Shown piece after piece: positions 17,624 to 28,395 of a DNA stretch of 64,000 bases. Numbering within the stretch: the stretch's first letter is position 1; the number at the start of each line of letters is the position of its first letter. Source of the stretch: a virus. The notes beneath the pieces are model-generated. The model made no database searches. It worked only from the letters and a program-made list of their open reading frames with translations, and was not told the origin of the DNA. The stretch spans positions 1 to 64,000 of IMG/VR virus record IMGVR_UViG_3300040856_003054. One strand, 5' to 3'. The position numbers were made by a program, and so were the translations under genes.

Positions 17624-19709
17624 TAAAGGAACAAATACTACCGAAGAAAAAAATGCTCCTTCTTCAGGAGGAGCATTGGTTGTTGTTCCTAAAAACAGAG
17701 ATGATTTTGTAGAGGAAGAAATAAATTCACAAATTCTTTCAATCATTGGGTTGGAAGATATATTTGATCTTACCTATGAAGAATATGCAACTCTTTTGAA
17801 AGAGGCTGCAGTTAGAGGTAGAATGTCAAGTAGTCAAATGACTACTGAGTCAATTGAACTAGTTACAAACGAACTTAAAAGAGTAAGAGGAAAAACGGGA
17901 AGATTTAAAGTTAAAAGAGGAAAGATTAGCATCGATAAGGTGATGAATCGTAGAACACCATCACCACAAAGAATTCTTCCACAGAACTTGACTCCACCTG
18001 ATGAAGAGAAAGAAAACAAAAAAGTTAAAAAGTTTTTGATGGGAAATCTTCTTGATAGATTATCTCTTGTTGCAAATTCTTTAGATAATATTAATAGGAC
18101 ACTTCAACAACAGCTTGGTATAGAAAAGAAAGTTTCTGAAGAGGAAAGAAAATCAGAATCAAAATCAAAAAAAGCACAGAGAGAGAGTGAAATAGAAAAG
18201 AAAGATAAAAAGAGATCCGATGAAGGAATCAAAAAACTTAAAGGTCCAGTAACTGGATTTTTTGATACTATCAAAAGATATTTTGGAAATATCCTTGCAG
18301 GATCCATTGTTGTTGGTTTAGTTAATTGGTTTCAAAATCCTGCCAATAAAGGTGCGATTGATAATTTTGGAAATTTTATAACTGATAATGCACCATTAAT
18401 TTTGGGTGGTATACTTGCACTTGCACTACTACCAGTTGCTTCTACTTTGATTGGATTTACTGGAAGTATTCTTGGTGGAATTGGAATGCTTACAAAAGCT
18501 ATAGGTGGTCTAGGTGGATTACTATTAAAAATACCTGGCCTTGGAGCAGCTGCCACTGCCGTTGCTCCTGCAGCCGCAGCAATTGGAATAAGTGCAGTTG
18601 GTGCGGTTGGCACTGCTTTACTTATGAAAGCAACTTATGATGCCATTCGTGGAGAAATAGCTGGTGGTGGAGATTTTGCTAAAGTTGATGAACAACTTAG
18701 AAATAAACTTGCTGGTTATGGAATAACAGAAACTGGAATGGCTTTTAAAAAAGGCAGTAGAAAACAGCAAAAATTATCAGCATCTCAGCAAAAAGTTTAT
18801 GAAGAAATTCAAGGAAAAAGAGATGCTTTGAGAAAGCTAAAGGAAGAAAGAGATTCTGAATTGGCAAAACATTATACTCAAAGATCTCCAAGATCTGCTA
18901 GAGTATTAACTCAAAAGGGTAAAGAAATAAAAAGAAAATACGATCAAAAAGCATTGGAGTTATTCGGACAAGAACAACCACAAGTTCAACCACAAACACC
19001 AGCAGTTTCTGATTATGTAAGTCCTTTTGCTGGAGCAAGGGATAGAGAAATGCTAAAGGCAAGTAAAATAACTGGAAATGCTCCAATAACTGTTGGTGAA
19101 AGAGCAGGATATAGTGCCTCTAGAGGAAGAGTGCATAGAGGAAGAGACATCGCTGCACCATCAGGTACAGGTTTAACAGTTCCTTCAGAATCTGTAATTA
19201 CTGATAAGGGAACCGAGGGAACATATGGAAATTATGTTGTATTTAAAGACGCTAACGGAGTGGAACATTTTTATGGTCATATGATAGAACCATCTCCACT
19301 TAGTATTGGTGACAGTGTAACTCCTGGAGATATTATTGGTAGAGTTGGATCTACAGGACGAAGCACAGGATCACATCTTCATTGGGAAGTATCACGTGTA
19401 ATGGGTGAAGTTGGAAGACCAAGAGAAAATGTTATAGATCCAATAGAAGTTGGATTTTCTGCACAGACACCTTTCACTGGTAAAGTTGAAGCAGCACAAC
19501 TTGCAAAGACATCTCCATCAATTCCTACAATATCTTCTCCAACGGGCAGGAGTGGAATAGGTGGATTTGTTCCTGTACCTATTGGGGGTCAACAGCAAGT
19601 TACGAGTGCTTCTTCTGCATCTCAACCATCAATTCCTGCTTTTTCTCCAGAAGATCCTAATAATACAAATATTATGACAATAAAGGCAATTTATAATTTG
19701 GTAGGATAG
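17616..19709 (+). CDS. Tape-measure-like virion protein with C-terminal M23 peptidase
   Basis: Coiled coil, hydrophobic Ala/Gly segment, HRGRD, YGH, GSTGRSTGSHLHWE. Confidence 0.85.
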   Translation: MDDKGTNTTEEKNAPSSGGALVVVPKNRDDFVEEEINSQILSIIGLEDIFDLTYEEYATLLKEAAVRGRMSSSQMTTESIELVTNELKRVRGKTGRFKVKRGKISIDKVMNRRTPSPQRILPQNLTPPDEEKENKKVKKFLMGNLLDRLSLVANSLDNINRTLQQQLGIEKKVSEEERKSESKSKKAQRESEIEKKDKKRSDEGIKKLKGPVTGFFDTIKRYFGNILAGSIVVGLVNWFQNPANKGAIDNFGNFITDNAPLILGGILALALLPVASTLIGFTGSILGGIGMLTKAIGGLGGLLLKIPGLGAAATAVAPAAAAIGISAVGAVGTALLMKATYDAIRGEIAGGGDFAKVDEQLRNKLAGYGITETGMAFKKGSRKQQKLSASQQKVYEEIQGKRDALRKLKEERDSELAKHYTQRSPRSARVLTQKGKEIKRKYDQKALELFGQEQPQVQPQTPAVSDYVSPFAGARDREMLKASKITGNAPITVGERAGYSASRGRVHRGRDIAAPSGTGLTVPSESVITDKGTEGTYGNYVVFKDANGVEHFYGHMIEPSPLSIGDSVTPGDIIGRVGSTGRSTGSHLHWEVSRVMGEVGRPRENVIDPIEVGFSAQTPFTGKVEAAQLAKTSPSIPTISSPTGRSGIGGFVPVPIGGQQQVTSASSASQPSIPAFSPEDPNNTNIMTIKAIYNLVG

Positions 19710-19710
19710 T

Positions 19711-21438
19711 ATGTTACCTTTACTCGCTGGCGCTGCATCTAAACTACTATTACCTTCTGTAAAGAAGAAAAAGTCCGGTGCAGAAGTAGCTTCTGCAATA
19801 ACTAAACGACAATCTAAACAAAGTGATGGTGAAAATGGTTCTACTACAAAACCTTCAACATTAATAAAAACTATATCTACTACCAAACTACTTGATCTTA
19901 AGATTCCAGATTCTAGAGAAAATGCAACTGTTAGAGGTGAAAAAAGTGATGGTGATTTTGAACTTATTGATGATGTTTTGGATAAAATAGATGATATTCT
20001 TTCTAGCATTAAAAGGACTATAATCAGCACTAATAAATTTAAAAAAGATAAACTCTCAAAGGAAAATCAGGAAAAGAAAAGGACACAAAAGAGAGAAAGA
20101 GAGTCACAACTTGAAAGAAAACCTAGAACTTTTGGATTAGGAAAACTAAAACCAAAAGTTCCTGACATACCATTTTTGGATAGAATCTCTCAATTTTTTG
20201 GAGCAATATTGATAGGATCTCTTGTTTCATTTCTGATTAACAAATATGAGGAAATAGTTTCTTTCGTAACTAATATTTTTGAGAAAATAAAATTATTTTT
20301 TGATTCATTAAAACCTATTTTTAATCCTATTTGGGATGGACTTAAATGGATTGTTGGTGAAGGTGCAAAATTGATTGCTAAAATTATAGGTGTTCCTTCT
20401 ATAGATGCTGATAAAAATACTATTCTTCAAAATCTTAGTGAAATTACAAAGAGTATTCCTATAATAGGTAATTTGTTCAAAGGAATTGAAGATATTGTTA
20501 AGGGTCTTGGATTTGGTGGAACTCCTGGTCAACTTCCAGGACAACCTGGTGGGCTTCCTACTGCTAGTGGTGATCTATTTGAGATAATTGCTGGTGGGGA
20601 AGGTGGATATAACTCTGTAAACAGAGGAAATGCTGGAGATACTCCAGGTGGTGCTCAATCAGTTTTTGGAAAACCTTTAACTGAAATGACAGTTGGAGAA
20701 GTTAGAAGAGCTCAAAAATCTAGAAGAGTTTTTGCAGTTGGTAAGTATCAAATCATTCCTGATACCATGGATGGTTTTGTAAGAGTAATGAAAATCTCCG
20801 ATTCTGATAAGTTTGATGCAACCACTCAAGAAAAATTCAAGGAGTATGTAATTAACTATAAAAGACCTGCAGTTGGTAGATATATTCGTGGTGAATCTTC
20901 TAACAGAGCATTAGCTGCTCAAGAATTAGCAAGAGAGTTTGCTTCTGTTGGACTTGCTTTTCCTGAGGCAGGTAGAGTTAGAGGCGAATCTAGATATTCT
21001 GGATCTGCGGGTAATCGTGCATCAATATCTCCAGAAAGAGTTGAGGCTGCCTTAGATATCGCTAGATCTGGTAAAGGAGTTTCCACTCCCATTTCTCCTT
21101 CCACTCCTGCTTCTCTTCTACCATCAACACAACCTCCTTCGGTTTCCTCGCAACCAACACCACCAACTTCACAATCTATTCCTTTATCTTCACTTCAACA
21201 AGTTGCTTCAAAATCAAAAAATCAGGATATGATAATCTCAATATCCAATCAAGCAGACTATGAAGTTCCTGGTGGTGCTCAAAAAAATTCTATTATACCA
21301 TTACCAATTAATACACAAACTTCTGTTCCTATGATGGGTGGATCATCATCATTAATTCCTATAGGTTTAAGTAAAGCAGATGCATTAAATAGTTACTACA
21401 GAGCCCAACTTATGGGATTCTTATACAAGCAAGGTTAA
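19711..21438 (+). CDS. Tape-measure-like virion protein with lysozyme-like domain
   Basis: Similar N-terminal architecture to the previous gene; IAGGEGGYN..AVGKYQII..FDATTQE. Confidence 0.8.
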   Translation: MLPLLAGAASKLLLPSVKKKKSGAEVASAITKRQSKQSDGENGSTTKPSTLIKTISTTKLLDLKIPDSRENATVRGEKSDGDFELIDDVLDKIDDILSSIKRTIISTNKFKKDKLSKENQEKKRTQKRERESQLERKPRTFGLGKLKPKVPDIPFLDRISQFFGAILIGSLVSFLINKYEEIVSFVTNIFEKIKLFFDSLKPIFNPIWDGLKWIVGEGAKLIAKIIGVPSIDADKNTILQNLSEITKSIPIIGNLFKGIEDIVKGLGFGGTPGQLPGQPGGLPTASGDLFEIIAGGEGGYNSVNRGNAGDTPGGAQSVFGKPLTEMTVGEVRRAQKSRRVFAVGKYQIIPDTMDGFVRVMKISDSDKFDATTQEKFKEYVINYKRPAVGRYIRGESSNRALAAQELAREFASVGLAFPEAGRVRGESRYSGSAGNRASISPERVEAALDIARSGKGVSTPISPSTPASLLPSTQPPSVSSQPTPPTSQSIPLSSLQQVASKSKNQDMIISISNQADYEVPGGAQKNSIIPLPINTQTSVPMMGGSSSLIPIGLSKADALNSYYRAQLMGFLYKQG

Positions 21439-22802
21439 TGGCAGATAACTCAGCAGCACTCTCTGGTAATATTACTAGGTTTCAAATCTACCAAGCAAAG
21501 AATGGTGGAGATTCTATCGACATGTCTACTGGCACTGTTGAGTTAAATTACTATGAGAGTGTTCTATCAAACTCCGTATCTGCTAGTGTTACGATTGTAG
21601 AAACAGGACTTACTGATAAAAGAATTGGTGGTGAAGTAAAACCAAGAGGAATTATAGATACTCTTCCTATTCGTGGTGGAGAACAAGTTATTCTTGAATT
21701 TGAAGATGCACAAACCACACCAAACAAGTTATCATTTAAAGCAGAGAAGTCATTCTATGTAAATCGTGTTCGTGGAATTGATCCAGGGACTCAGAAAGAT
21801 GTTTATTCGATTGATTTATGTACTCGTGAGTTTATTGTGAATGAACAAACAAGAGTTGTAAAAAGATATGATGGAAAGATATCTGATAGTATTGGAAAAT
21901 TACTTACAGATAAAATAGGATTGAACGTAGAAAAAGATGTTAATATTGATGTGAGTGCAGTAGATTATAATTTTATTGGTAATGATAGAAAACCTTTTTA
22001 TGTTTGTACATGGTTAGCATCAAAATCAATTCCTGAGTTAAGTGTTGATGGTAAAAATAGTATAGGTGGAGCTGCTGGATATTTCTTTTTTGAAAATTAC
22101 AATGGATTTCAGTTTAGATCTTTAGATAAACTATTAGACGAAAAAGGTAGAACTGGAATCAAGAAGTACATATACACTGGTAATCCAGATAAACCTCAAG
22201 AATATGATGGTAAAATCCTTTCAGTAAATATTGAAAGAGATATTGATTTGCAACAAAATCTAACACTAGGAACATATGCAAATCGTAGTTTGTTTTTTGA
22301 CTTTGCAGGAATGAAATATGTTGTGAGAGATTACAACATTGATGAAAACCAGAAAGATAGAATCAAAAATGCAGGTTCTCAGGATATTACTTGGGTTGCA
22401 GAGGACTTCAGAAAAGGTCCATCTAGGTTGATGAATCATATTTTAGATGTAGGTGTTCTTCCTCCAGGAGCAACTCCAGAAGAACAGTTAAATCATTGGA
22501 AGCAGAATAAAGAAAAACCAACATATGATGCTGCTAATACAATGGTTCAGTCCATCATGAGATATAATCAGTTGTTCACAATCAAGACAAATATTATAAT
22601 ACCTGGAGATTTTAGTTTAAGAGCGGGCGATTTAATTCATTGCGACTTTCCAGAACTGACTATTGACCAAAATACAGAAACCAACAAGCAATCTGGCGGT
22701 ATATATATGATAGCAAGTTTGTGTCATCGTATTACACCTGGAAAAACCTATACTAGTTTGGCACTCGTTAGAGACACCTTCGGAAGAAAACCGTTTAAGT
22801 AG
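21438..22802 (+). CDS. Baseplate hub protein (gp27-like)
   Basis: YYES, LPIRGGE, YFFFENYNGFQFRSLD, GIYMIASLCH; directly upstream of gp5. Confidence 0.7.
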   Translation: MADNSAALSGNITRFQIYQAKNGGDSIDMSTGTVELNYYESVLSNSVSASVTIVETGLTDKRIGGEVKPRGIIDTLPIRGGEQVILEFEDAQTTPNKLSFKAEKSFYVNRVRGIDPGTQKDVYSIDLCTREFIVNEQTRVVKRYDGKISDSIGKLLTDKIGLNVEKDVNIDVSAVDYNFIGNDRKPFYVCTWLASKSIPELSVDGKNSIGGAAGYFFFENYNGFQFRSLDKLLDEKGRTGIKKYIYTGNPDKPQEYDGKILSVNIERDIDLQQNLTLGTYANRSLFFDFAGMKYVVRDYNIDENQKDRIKNAGSQDITWVAEDFRKGPSRLMNHILDVGVLPPGATPEEQLNHWKQNKEKPTYDAANTMVQSIMRYNQLFTIKTNIIIPGDFSLRAGDLIHCDFPELTIDQNTETNKQSGGIYMIASLCHRITPGKTYTSLALVRDTFGRKPFK

Positions 22803-22806
22803 TAAC

Positions 22807-23022
22807 ATGGAAAGAAGTATTCAACAGCACATTAATAATAATAAAGATGCATTGGACAATCCAGAACTTTCCTCACAACGTCGTCGTCATCTAGAGGGAG
22901 AACTTGATTCATTGGAAAAGTATCAAGCAAACCATCCAGATGTGGATCATGATCCAACTCCTTTAGAGTTATTTTGTGACGAAAATCCTGGTGCTTCGGA
23001 ATGTAAAATATATGAAGATTAA
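22807..23022 (+). CDS. cp12: CP12 Calvin-cycle inhibitor
   Basis: C-terminal PLELFCDENPGASECKIYED. Confidence 0.92.
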   Translation: MERSIQQHINNNKDALDNPELSSQRRRHLEGELDSLEKYQANHPDVDHDPTPLELFCDENPGASECKIYED

Positions 23023-23024
23023 TA

Positions 23025-25394
23025 ATGATTGAACAAGGTTTATTCAAGAGACATTTTGTAGGTAGAGACGGATTCATTTGGTGGATCGGTCAGATTGCTA
23101 ATGATTCCTGGACAAAAAACCTACAAGGAAGTAAGCCGACAAATACTTTGGTATCAGATCAACCTGGATTTGGTTATCGATATCAAGTCCGTATTATGGG
23201 TTATCATACTGCGGATGATAACGAATTAAAAGATGTAGATTTGCCATGGGCATCTGTAATGTATCCTGTTACCTCTGGTGGAGGTGGTGATGCTTCTTTT
23301 GAAACACCTGCACTTAGAAAAGGTAATTTTGTTTATGGATTTTTCTTAGATGGTGAGGATGCTCAGCAACCTATCATCATGGGAATCTTGGGGTATAACC
23401 AATATCAAGCAATCTATAAAGATTCTCCAAGACCATTTGTTCCTTTCAGAGGATATAATAATACAAATCCTATTGCAGCTTATGGAGTTCTATCTTCTAC
23501 AGAATCTAATCCAACTCGACCAGATGTAACACAAACTCCAGATAATGCAAACAGAGGTGTGGGATCTCCATCTTCTGCTCAAAATAATAATATAGCAAGA
23601 GATCAAGAGTTTGAAAGTGGTAAAAGTAAAGAACCTTTACCACTACCATATACTTGTGAAAAAAGTAAATCTCCTGGTCAGATACAAAAAGATATTCAGA
23701 AGATGATTCAGAATATCCAGAATGCACAAAAAGGATTAAAGAATTTCAAGTATAGTATTACCAATCCAATTCAATTTGAAGGCCAGCAAGTAAGCATTCA
23801 AGAATATATTCAGATACAAATTGATAGAGGTGCAGCAGCAATTAGTGGATGGGTAAGAGATAGAATTGCAGGTGCTCAAGAGTGGATAACTAGGAAAATT
23901 AATAATGGACTGAAGGATCTTTACTTTTTATTATTTCCAGATAAACAATCTGATGCCAAGGCAGCAGTAGAAACTGCGATGGATTTATTAGCATGTTTGT
24001 TTAAAAAAATAATCAAGAATCTTTTAAATATTATTCGTAAAGCACTTCTAACAATTGTCGATACTTTTATTAATGTTCCTTTGTGTGCTGCTGAAAATAT
24101 TCTTGCTGCAATTATTGGTAAACTTTCTGGTTTAATAAATGCAGCGGTTTCTGTAATTCTTGCTCCTCTTAATGCAATATTTGGAGTTGTTGATCTTGTT
24201 GGTGATGTTCTTGGATTCATTGAAGGAATTCTATCTTTCTTATCATGTGAAGAGCAACCAGAGTGCCCTGAGATAGATGGTTGGAGTTTGTGGGATGGCG
24301 CAGATATTCCAGCAGCAAACTTTGATCCTACATCACTAATTAATAAAATCAGAGATTTTGCGAGTAATGTTACTCAAGCAATTGATCCTGACAATTTTGA
24401 TTTTGATCTTGACTTTAGTGACATCTTTAGTGATACTTGTGGAACAGATGCCATTTTCTGTGGACCACCAAATGCTGTTTTCTGGGGAGGATCTGGATCT
24501 GGAGCAACAGGAAATGTAATTGTGAGTGCAGTTGGTGATATCCTTGGAGTTGATATTACAAATTCTGGATTTGGATATGGAACTAGGTCACCATTTTTAA
24601 ATTTTGAAGATTCTTGTGGTAGAGGTGTTGGTGCAACTGGAAGAGTGATACTTGGACCAGTATCATTGCAAGAAGATGGAACATATCAATCCGATTCAAA
24701 TGGAACTGAAACTGGTGTAACAGGTGTAGTTGTTGAAAATTCTGGTTATGGATACCTACCAGTTCCTGATGGTTCTCAAGGTGGTGACGGTAGAGTTTGG
24801 GCAGATGCAAATCAAACCACTGTAAAAAGATCTGATGGAACATGGGATATTCCATATGATCCAGGAGAACTTATTCAAGTATTATCTGGAGATGTTGTTC
24901 GCACTCCTATTGGTTCTATATCAGAGTTGGTTAATTCTGATGGTTCATCTATTTCTATTCCAGGAGGCATAAACTTTAATGTTGACTCTCCAGGAATTGT
25001 AACTTCACCAGAACCAAATCTTACAACGATTAAAACGGGCGATTATCCTATCAAAGATAATCAACAATATCCTGTTATTCTTTATATGTGTGATGCGATT
25101 ATTAAAAATCCTGGTGTTGGATATCAACAAGACGACAAAGTTATCATTGAACCAAGTTATGGTGCAGAAATAACTCCACAGTTTAATGAACTTGGACAAC
25201 TAACTTCAGTCAAAATTATATCTGGTGGAGAAGGATTCCAACAAATTCCTACAATTTATATTGAGAGTGAAACTGGTTTTAATGCAGAAATCGTTCCTAG
25301 ATTCTGTATAGATAGAGTTGGTGTTGATCAAGTTAAAGAACCAACGACACAAGATAAAATTATTTCAGTAATAGATTGTGTAGGTAAAGGATAA
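23025..25394 (+). CDS. gp5: Baseplate hub/spike gp5-like protein
   Basis: GRDGFIWWIGQ, VRIMGYH, LPWA, VYGFFLDGEDAQQPIIMG (gp5 OB fold). Confidence 0.88.
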   Translation: MIEQGLFKRHFVGRDGFIWWIGQIANDSWTKNLQGSKPTNTLVSDQPGFGYRYQVRIMGYHTADDNELKDVDLPWASVMYPVTSGGGGDASFETPALRKGNFVYGFFLDGEDAQQPIIMGILGYNQYQAIYKDSPRPFVPFRGYNNTNPIAAYGVLSSTESNPTRPDVTQTPDNANRGVGSPSSAQNNNIARDQEFESGKSKEPLPLPYTCEKSKSPGQIQKDIQKMIQNIQNAQKGLKNFKYSITNPIQFEGQQVSIQEYIQIQIDRGAAAISGWVRDRIAGAQEWITRKINNGLKDLYFLLFPDKQSDAKAAVETAMDLLACLFKKIIKNLLNIIRKALLTIVDTFINVPLCAAENILAAIIGKLSGLINAAVSVILAPLNAIFGVVDLVGDVLGFIEGILSFLSCEEQPECPEIDGWSLWDGADIPAANFDPTSLINKIRDFASNVTQAIDPDNFDFDLDFSDIFSDTCGTDAIFCGPPNAVFWGGSGSGATGNVIVSAVGDILGVDITNSGFGYGTRSPFLNFEDSCGRGVGATGRVILGPVSLQEDGTYQSDSNGTETGVTGVVVENSGYGYLPVPDGSQGGDGRVWADANQTTVKRSDGTWDIPYDPGELIQVLSGDVVRTPIGSISELVNSDGSSISIPGGINFNVDSPGIVTSPEPNLTTIKTGDYPIKDNQQYPVILYMCDAIIKNPGVGYQQDDKVIIEPSYGAEITPQFNELGQLTSVKIISGGEGFQQIPTIYIESETGFNAEIVPRFCIDRVGVDQVKEPTTQDKIISVIDCVGKG

Positions 25395-26038
25395 TGTCAG
25401 AAAATATTAATTATGACTATAAACGAATAGGTACAAATGATGCTGAAATAACTTTTGGTGAAATAGATCGTTATAATGTGACTTCTGGTGTCACCATGCG
25501 AGTTGGAACTTCAGCGCCAGATGGAATTCCTCATTACTTTAGAATGGATAAGGATGGGGATGCTAAAGAAAAAGCAAGAAGAGGCACTATATTCCAGTGT
25601 CCAGGAGCATTTCAAGTATCAGCAGGTCATTCTGTTAAAAAAGGTATACCTGGAGTATACATTGATTCACAAAATGGTGATCTGATTTTAAAAAGTAATG
25701 GTCGTATCAGAATCATTGCAGAAAATATTGATCTTATTGCAACTGGAGTTCCTAGTGAAGAAGGTGAGAATGGTGTAATTAATATTAATGCTAGTGAAAA
25801 AATTATAATTGACTCTAAAGGTTCAATTGCAGTACAATCTACAGTATCTACTTATATTTTTTCTGAAAAAACTGTAGAAGTAGTGGGAAATTCTATTTGT
25901 AATTTATATGGTGGACTTATGGAAATGCTTGATGGTCCGTCATCGAAGAAAGGATCTAGAACTTTAATACCTTTCTTACCAGCAACTCCTAGAGAAATAC
26001 TTCAAACAGTTAAGAATACCATAGAAACGATAGCATAA
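25394..26038 (+). CDS. Spike/beta-helix virion protein
   Basis: Beta-rich repeats (NGDLILKSNGRIRIIAENIDL); coupled to gp5. Confidence 0.6.
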   Translation: MSENINYDYKRIGTNDAEITFGEIDRYNVTSGVTMRVGTSAPDGIPHYFRMDKDGDAKEKARRGTIFQCPGAFQVSAGHSVKKGIPGVYIDSQNGDLILKSNGRIRIIAENIDLIATGVPSEEGENGVININASEKIIIDSKGSIAVQSTVSTYIFSEKTVEVVGNSICNLYGGLMEMLDGPSSKKGSRTLIPFLPATPREILQTVKNTIETIA

Positions 26039-26976
26039 TGGCAAAAGCAGGAGATTTTTACGTCGGTAGTCAATTATTTTGTGGAGTAGCAGAACATGCT
26101 GGTGCTCCACTTCCTCCTGTAGGACTTGGTATAGGTGGATCTAAAATTCGTGGTGCTGGATTTATTGCAGGTCCTCTTCTAGTAGGTTCTCCTTTTACAT
26201 TTACTAAAGGTCCAAATGTAAATGAAGCAAATTTAATGGTTGCTCGTTGTGGAAATCCCGAAGCACTTCCACCACCACCATCTATTCTTAAGGTTTCGTC
26301 TCTTGGATTTCCTCCAACTCCAATCGATGTAATGCTTGGAGATCCAGCAGGTCCAGTCGGAATAACTTGTGTCGCACTAGTTGTTAATATTACAAGTAAC
26401 ACTTCGATTAATATTTTATCACCTGTAACAACAGGGAATGGAATTTTAAATTGGTTTGGTGCAAAAACTTTAACGGGCGCGGAATCCTTAACGGGAACAA
26501 AAGCGCAAGCTGGCACTGAAGCAAGAAGTAGTTCAAAAGTTTTTAACGGTAATGTTACAATTAATGGCAAACTAACTTGCAGTAATGTATCTCTAATAGG
26601 AACGATTAATGTTCAAGGATGGAAGGAATTCGATATTCCACATCCAACTAAATCAAATCATAGATTAGCACATGCTTGTATTGAAGGTCCTGAAATTGGC
26701 GTTTATTATAGGGGTAAATTAAAAAATAATACATCTATTGATCTTCCGGAGTATTGGAGAGGTCTTGTGGATGCAGAATCAATCACAGTTAACTTAACTC
26801 CACATGGTTGTTATCAAGAGTTATTTGTGAAATCTATTGAGTGGGGAACCAAAATTATTATTCAAAATAATTCTGGTGGTCCTATAAATTGTAGTTATGT
26901 TGTCTATGGTAAGAGAAAGGATGTTCCTGATTTGGAAGTTGAGTATGTTGGAACTGAAATGAAAGGAGGTAAGTAA
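26038..26976 (+). CDS. Virion protein with C-terminal FDIPHP..EGPE domain
   Basis: Chaperone-like C-terminal domain typical of fibre/spike proteins. Confidence 0.65.
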   Translation: MAKAGDFYVGSQLFCGVAEHAGAPLPPVGLGIGGSKIRGAGFIAGPLLVGSPFTFTKGPNVNEANLMVARCGNPEALPPPPSILKVSSLGFPPTPIDVMLGDPAGPVGITCVALVVNITSNTSINILSPVTTGNGILNWFGAKTLTGAESLTGTKAQAGTEARSSSKVFNGNVTINGKLTCSNVSLIGTINVQGWKEFDIPHPTKSNHRLAHACIEGPEIGVYYRGKLKNNTSIDLPEYWRGLVDAESITVNLTPHGCYQELFVKSIEWGTKIIIQNNSGGPINCSYVVYGKRKDVPDLEVEYVGTEMKGGK

Positions 26977-28391
26977 TGACGTTATCTGATAAAATTAAAA
27001 AAGATGTTGCTGAGAAAAAGCAACAAAAACTTGAAAATATTGAATTCTTTAAAGAGCAAATATTATTAACCGATGCTCTTAAGGAAGATTATGATAGTGC
27101 AATAGCATCAATTGATACTGATCTTCTTTCTGATATAACAACTGTCAATGATACTTTATATGCTGTACAGGAAGCATATCAAGATCGCATTGATACTGGA
27201 TGTAGAAGTGATTTATTTTGGAGTGTTGCTGGTTTGGATACTAGCACTGGAGATTATTCACTAATTGTTACAAAACTATCAATCGTTGGATATGGAACTA
27301 CTGTATCTGTAGTTAGTGCTTCTGGAACTTTTACTTCATATCCTGATGGAACGATTGAAATACCTGGTGTAGAAGGTGATAATTTACATGCAATAAAATA
27401 TTACAATGAACCATATACAAAAGATATTGGTGATACAACTCTTGGAAGTTTCATAGGAGTTGTTGGGGCGGCTTCTACGGTTCTATCAATTATTTCAGAA
27501 TCATCTGAAGAACTTATTACTAATTTTGATGTTGGAAATTTAATTATATGTTCAAAATCTGGAGTTTTTCCAAGTGGAAATAATAAAATAGTTGGATTTG
27601 GATCAACTGTATTCACTGGAATCACAACAACTCTTATGGAAGAAGTAGTCGGTATTGCAACTACTTCTATTAACGTATCAACAATACTTTTGGAAACATC
27701 TACTGTTGGGTTTGCAACTTTACCAGAAAGTGATGGTTCTTTTGTTGAGTTTACTGTAGTAACTGATCCCGATACTTTTGATGAAACTAAAACTAGGTTT
27801 AGATACCAAGTTAAGTTTACTAAAAATCCATTCTCTCCACAAACGATTGGAATTATGACATCTGGTGATATTGGAATTGGAACTTATATTGAGTATGATA
27901 ATAGTGCAAAACCACCAAATGCACAAAGTTGGCGACCTGAATATGAAGGTATAGAAAAGAATGGTGAAAAAATTAAACAACCAAAAGTTGGTGCTGGTAG
28001 AATCTATAATATAGTTGGATTTACAAGTGAACCTACTTATCTTGGTATTGCTCAGACAGAAGGAACCACAATTACAGTAAACCTTCTTACATCATTGTAT
28101 ACACCTATAAGTCCTCCAGGTGGATGCACTGCGATTGAAAATACATTAACTTCTGCAATCTCAGCAAGAGATGCAGCAGAGTCAGCACTTTCTGCTGGTG
28201 GTAATTGTGTTCAGACAAAAGTAGATGCAGCAAATGCTCTTCGGACCGAAAGGAATGATTATTCAATTAAGATTTGGGGAATGAGACAAACTATTGGTGC
28301 AGAAAGTGATAAAGTTGATCAATATGATGCGCTTGAAACTTATATAAATGATACTGAAGAAACATTAGACGGAACAACAACTTGCTTGTGA
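26976..28391 (+). CDS. Virion structural protein
   Basis: 471-aa Thr/Gly-rich ORF in the tail operon. Confidence 0.65.
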   Translation: MTLSDKIKKDVAEKKQQKLENIEFFKEQILLTDALKEDYDSAIASIDTDLLSDITTVNDTLYAVQEAYQDRIDTGCRSDLFWSVAGLDTSTGDYSLIVTKLSIVGYGTTVSVVSASGTFTSYPDGTIEIPGVEGDNLHAIKYYNEPYTKDIGDTTLGSFIGVVGAASTVLSIISESSEELITNFDVGNLIICSKSGVFPSGNNKIVGFGSTVFTGITTTLMEEVVGIATTSINVSTILLETSTVGFATLPESDGSFVEFTVVTDPDTFDETKTRFRYQVKFTKNPFSPQTIGIMTSGDIGIGTYIEYDNSAKPPNAQSWRPEYEGIEKNGEKIKQPKVGAGRIYNIVGFTSEPTYLGIAQTEGTTITVNLLTSLYTPISPPGGCTAIENTLTSAISARDAAESALSAGGNCVQTKVDAANALRTERNDYSIKIWGMRQTIGAESDKVDQYDALETYINDTEETLDGTTTCL

Positions 28392-28395
28392 ACTT

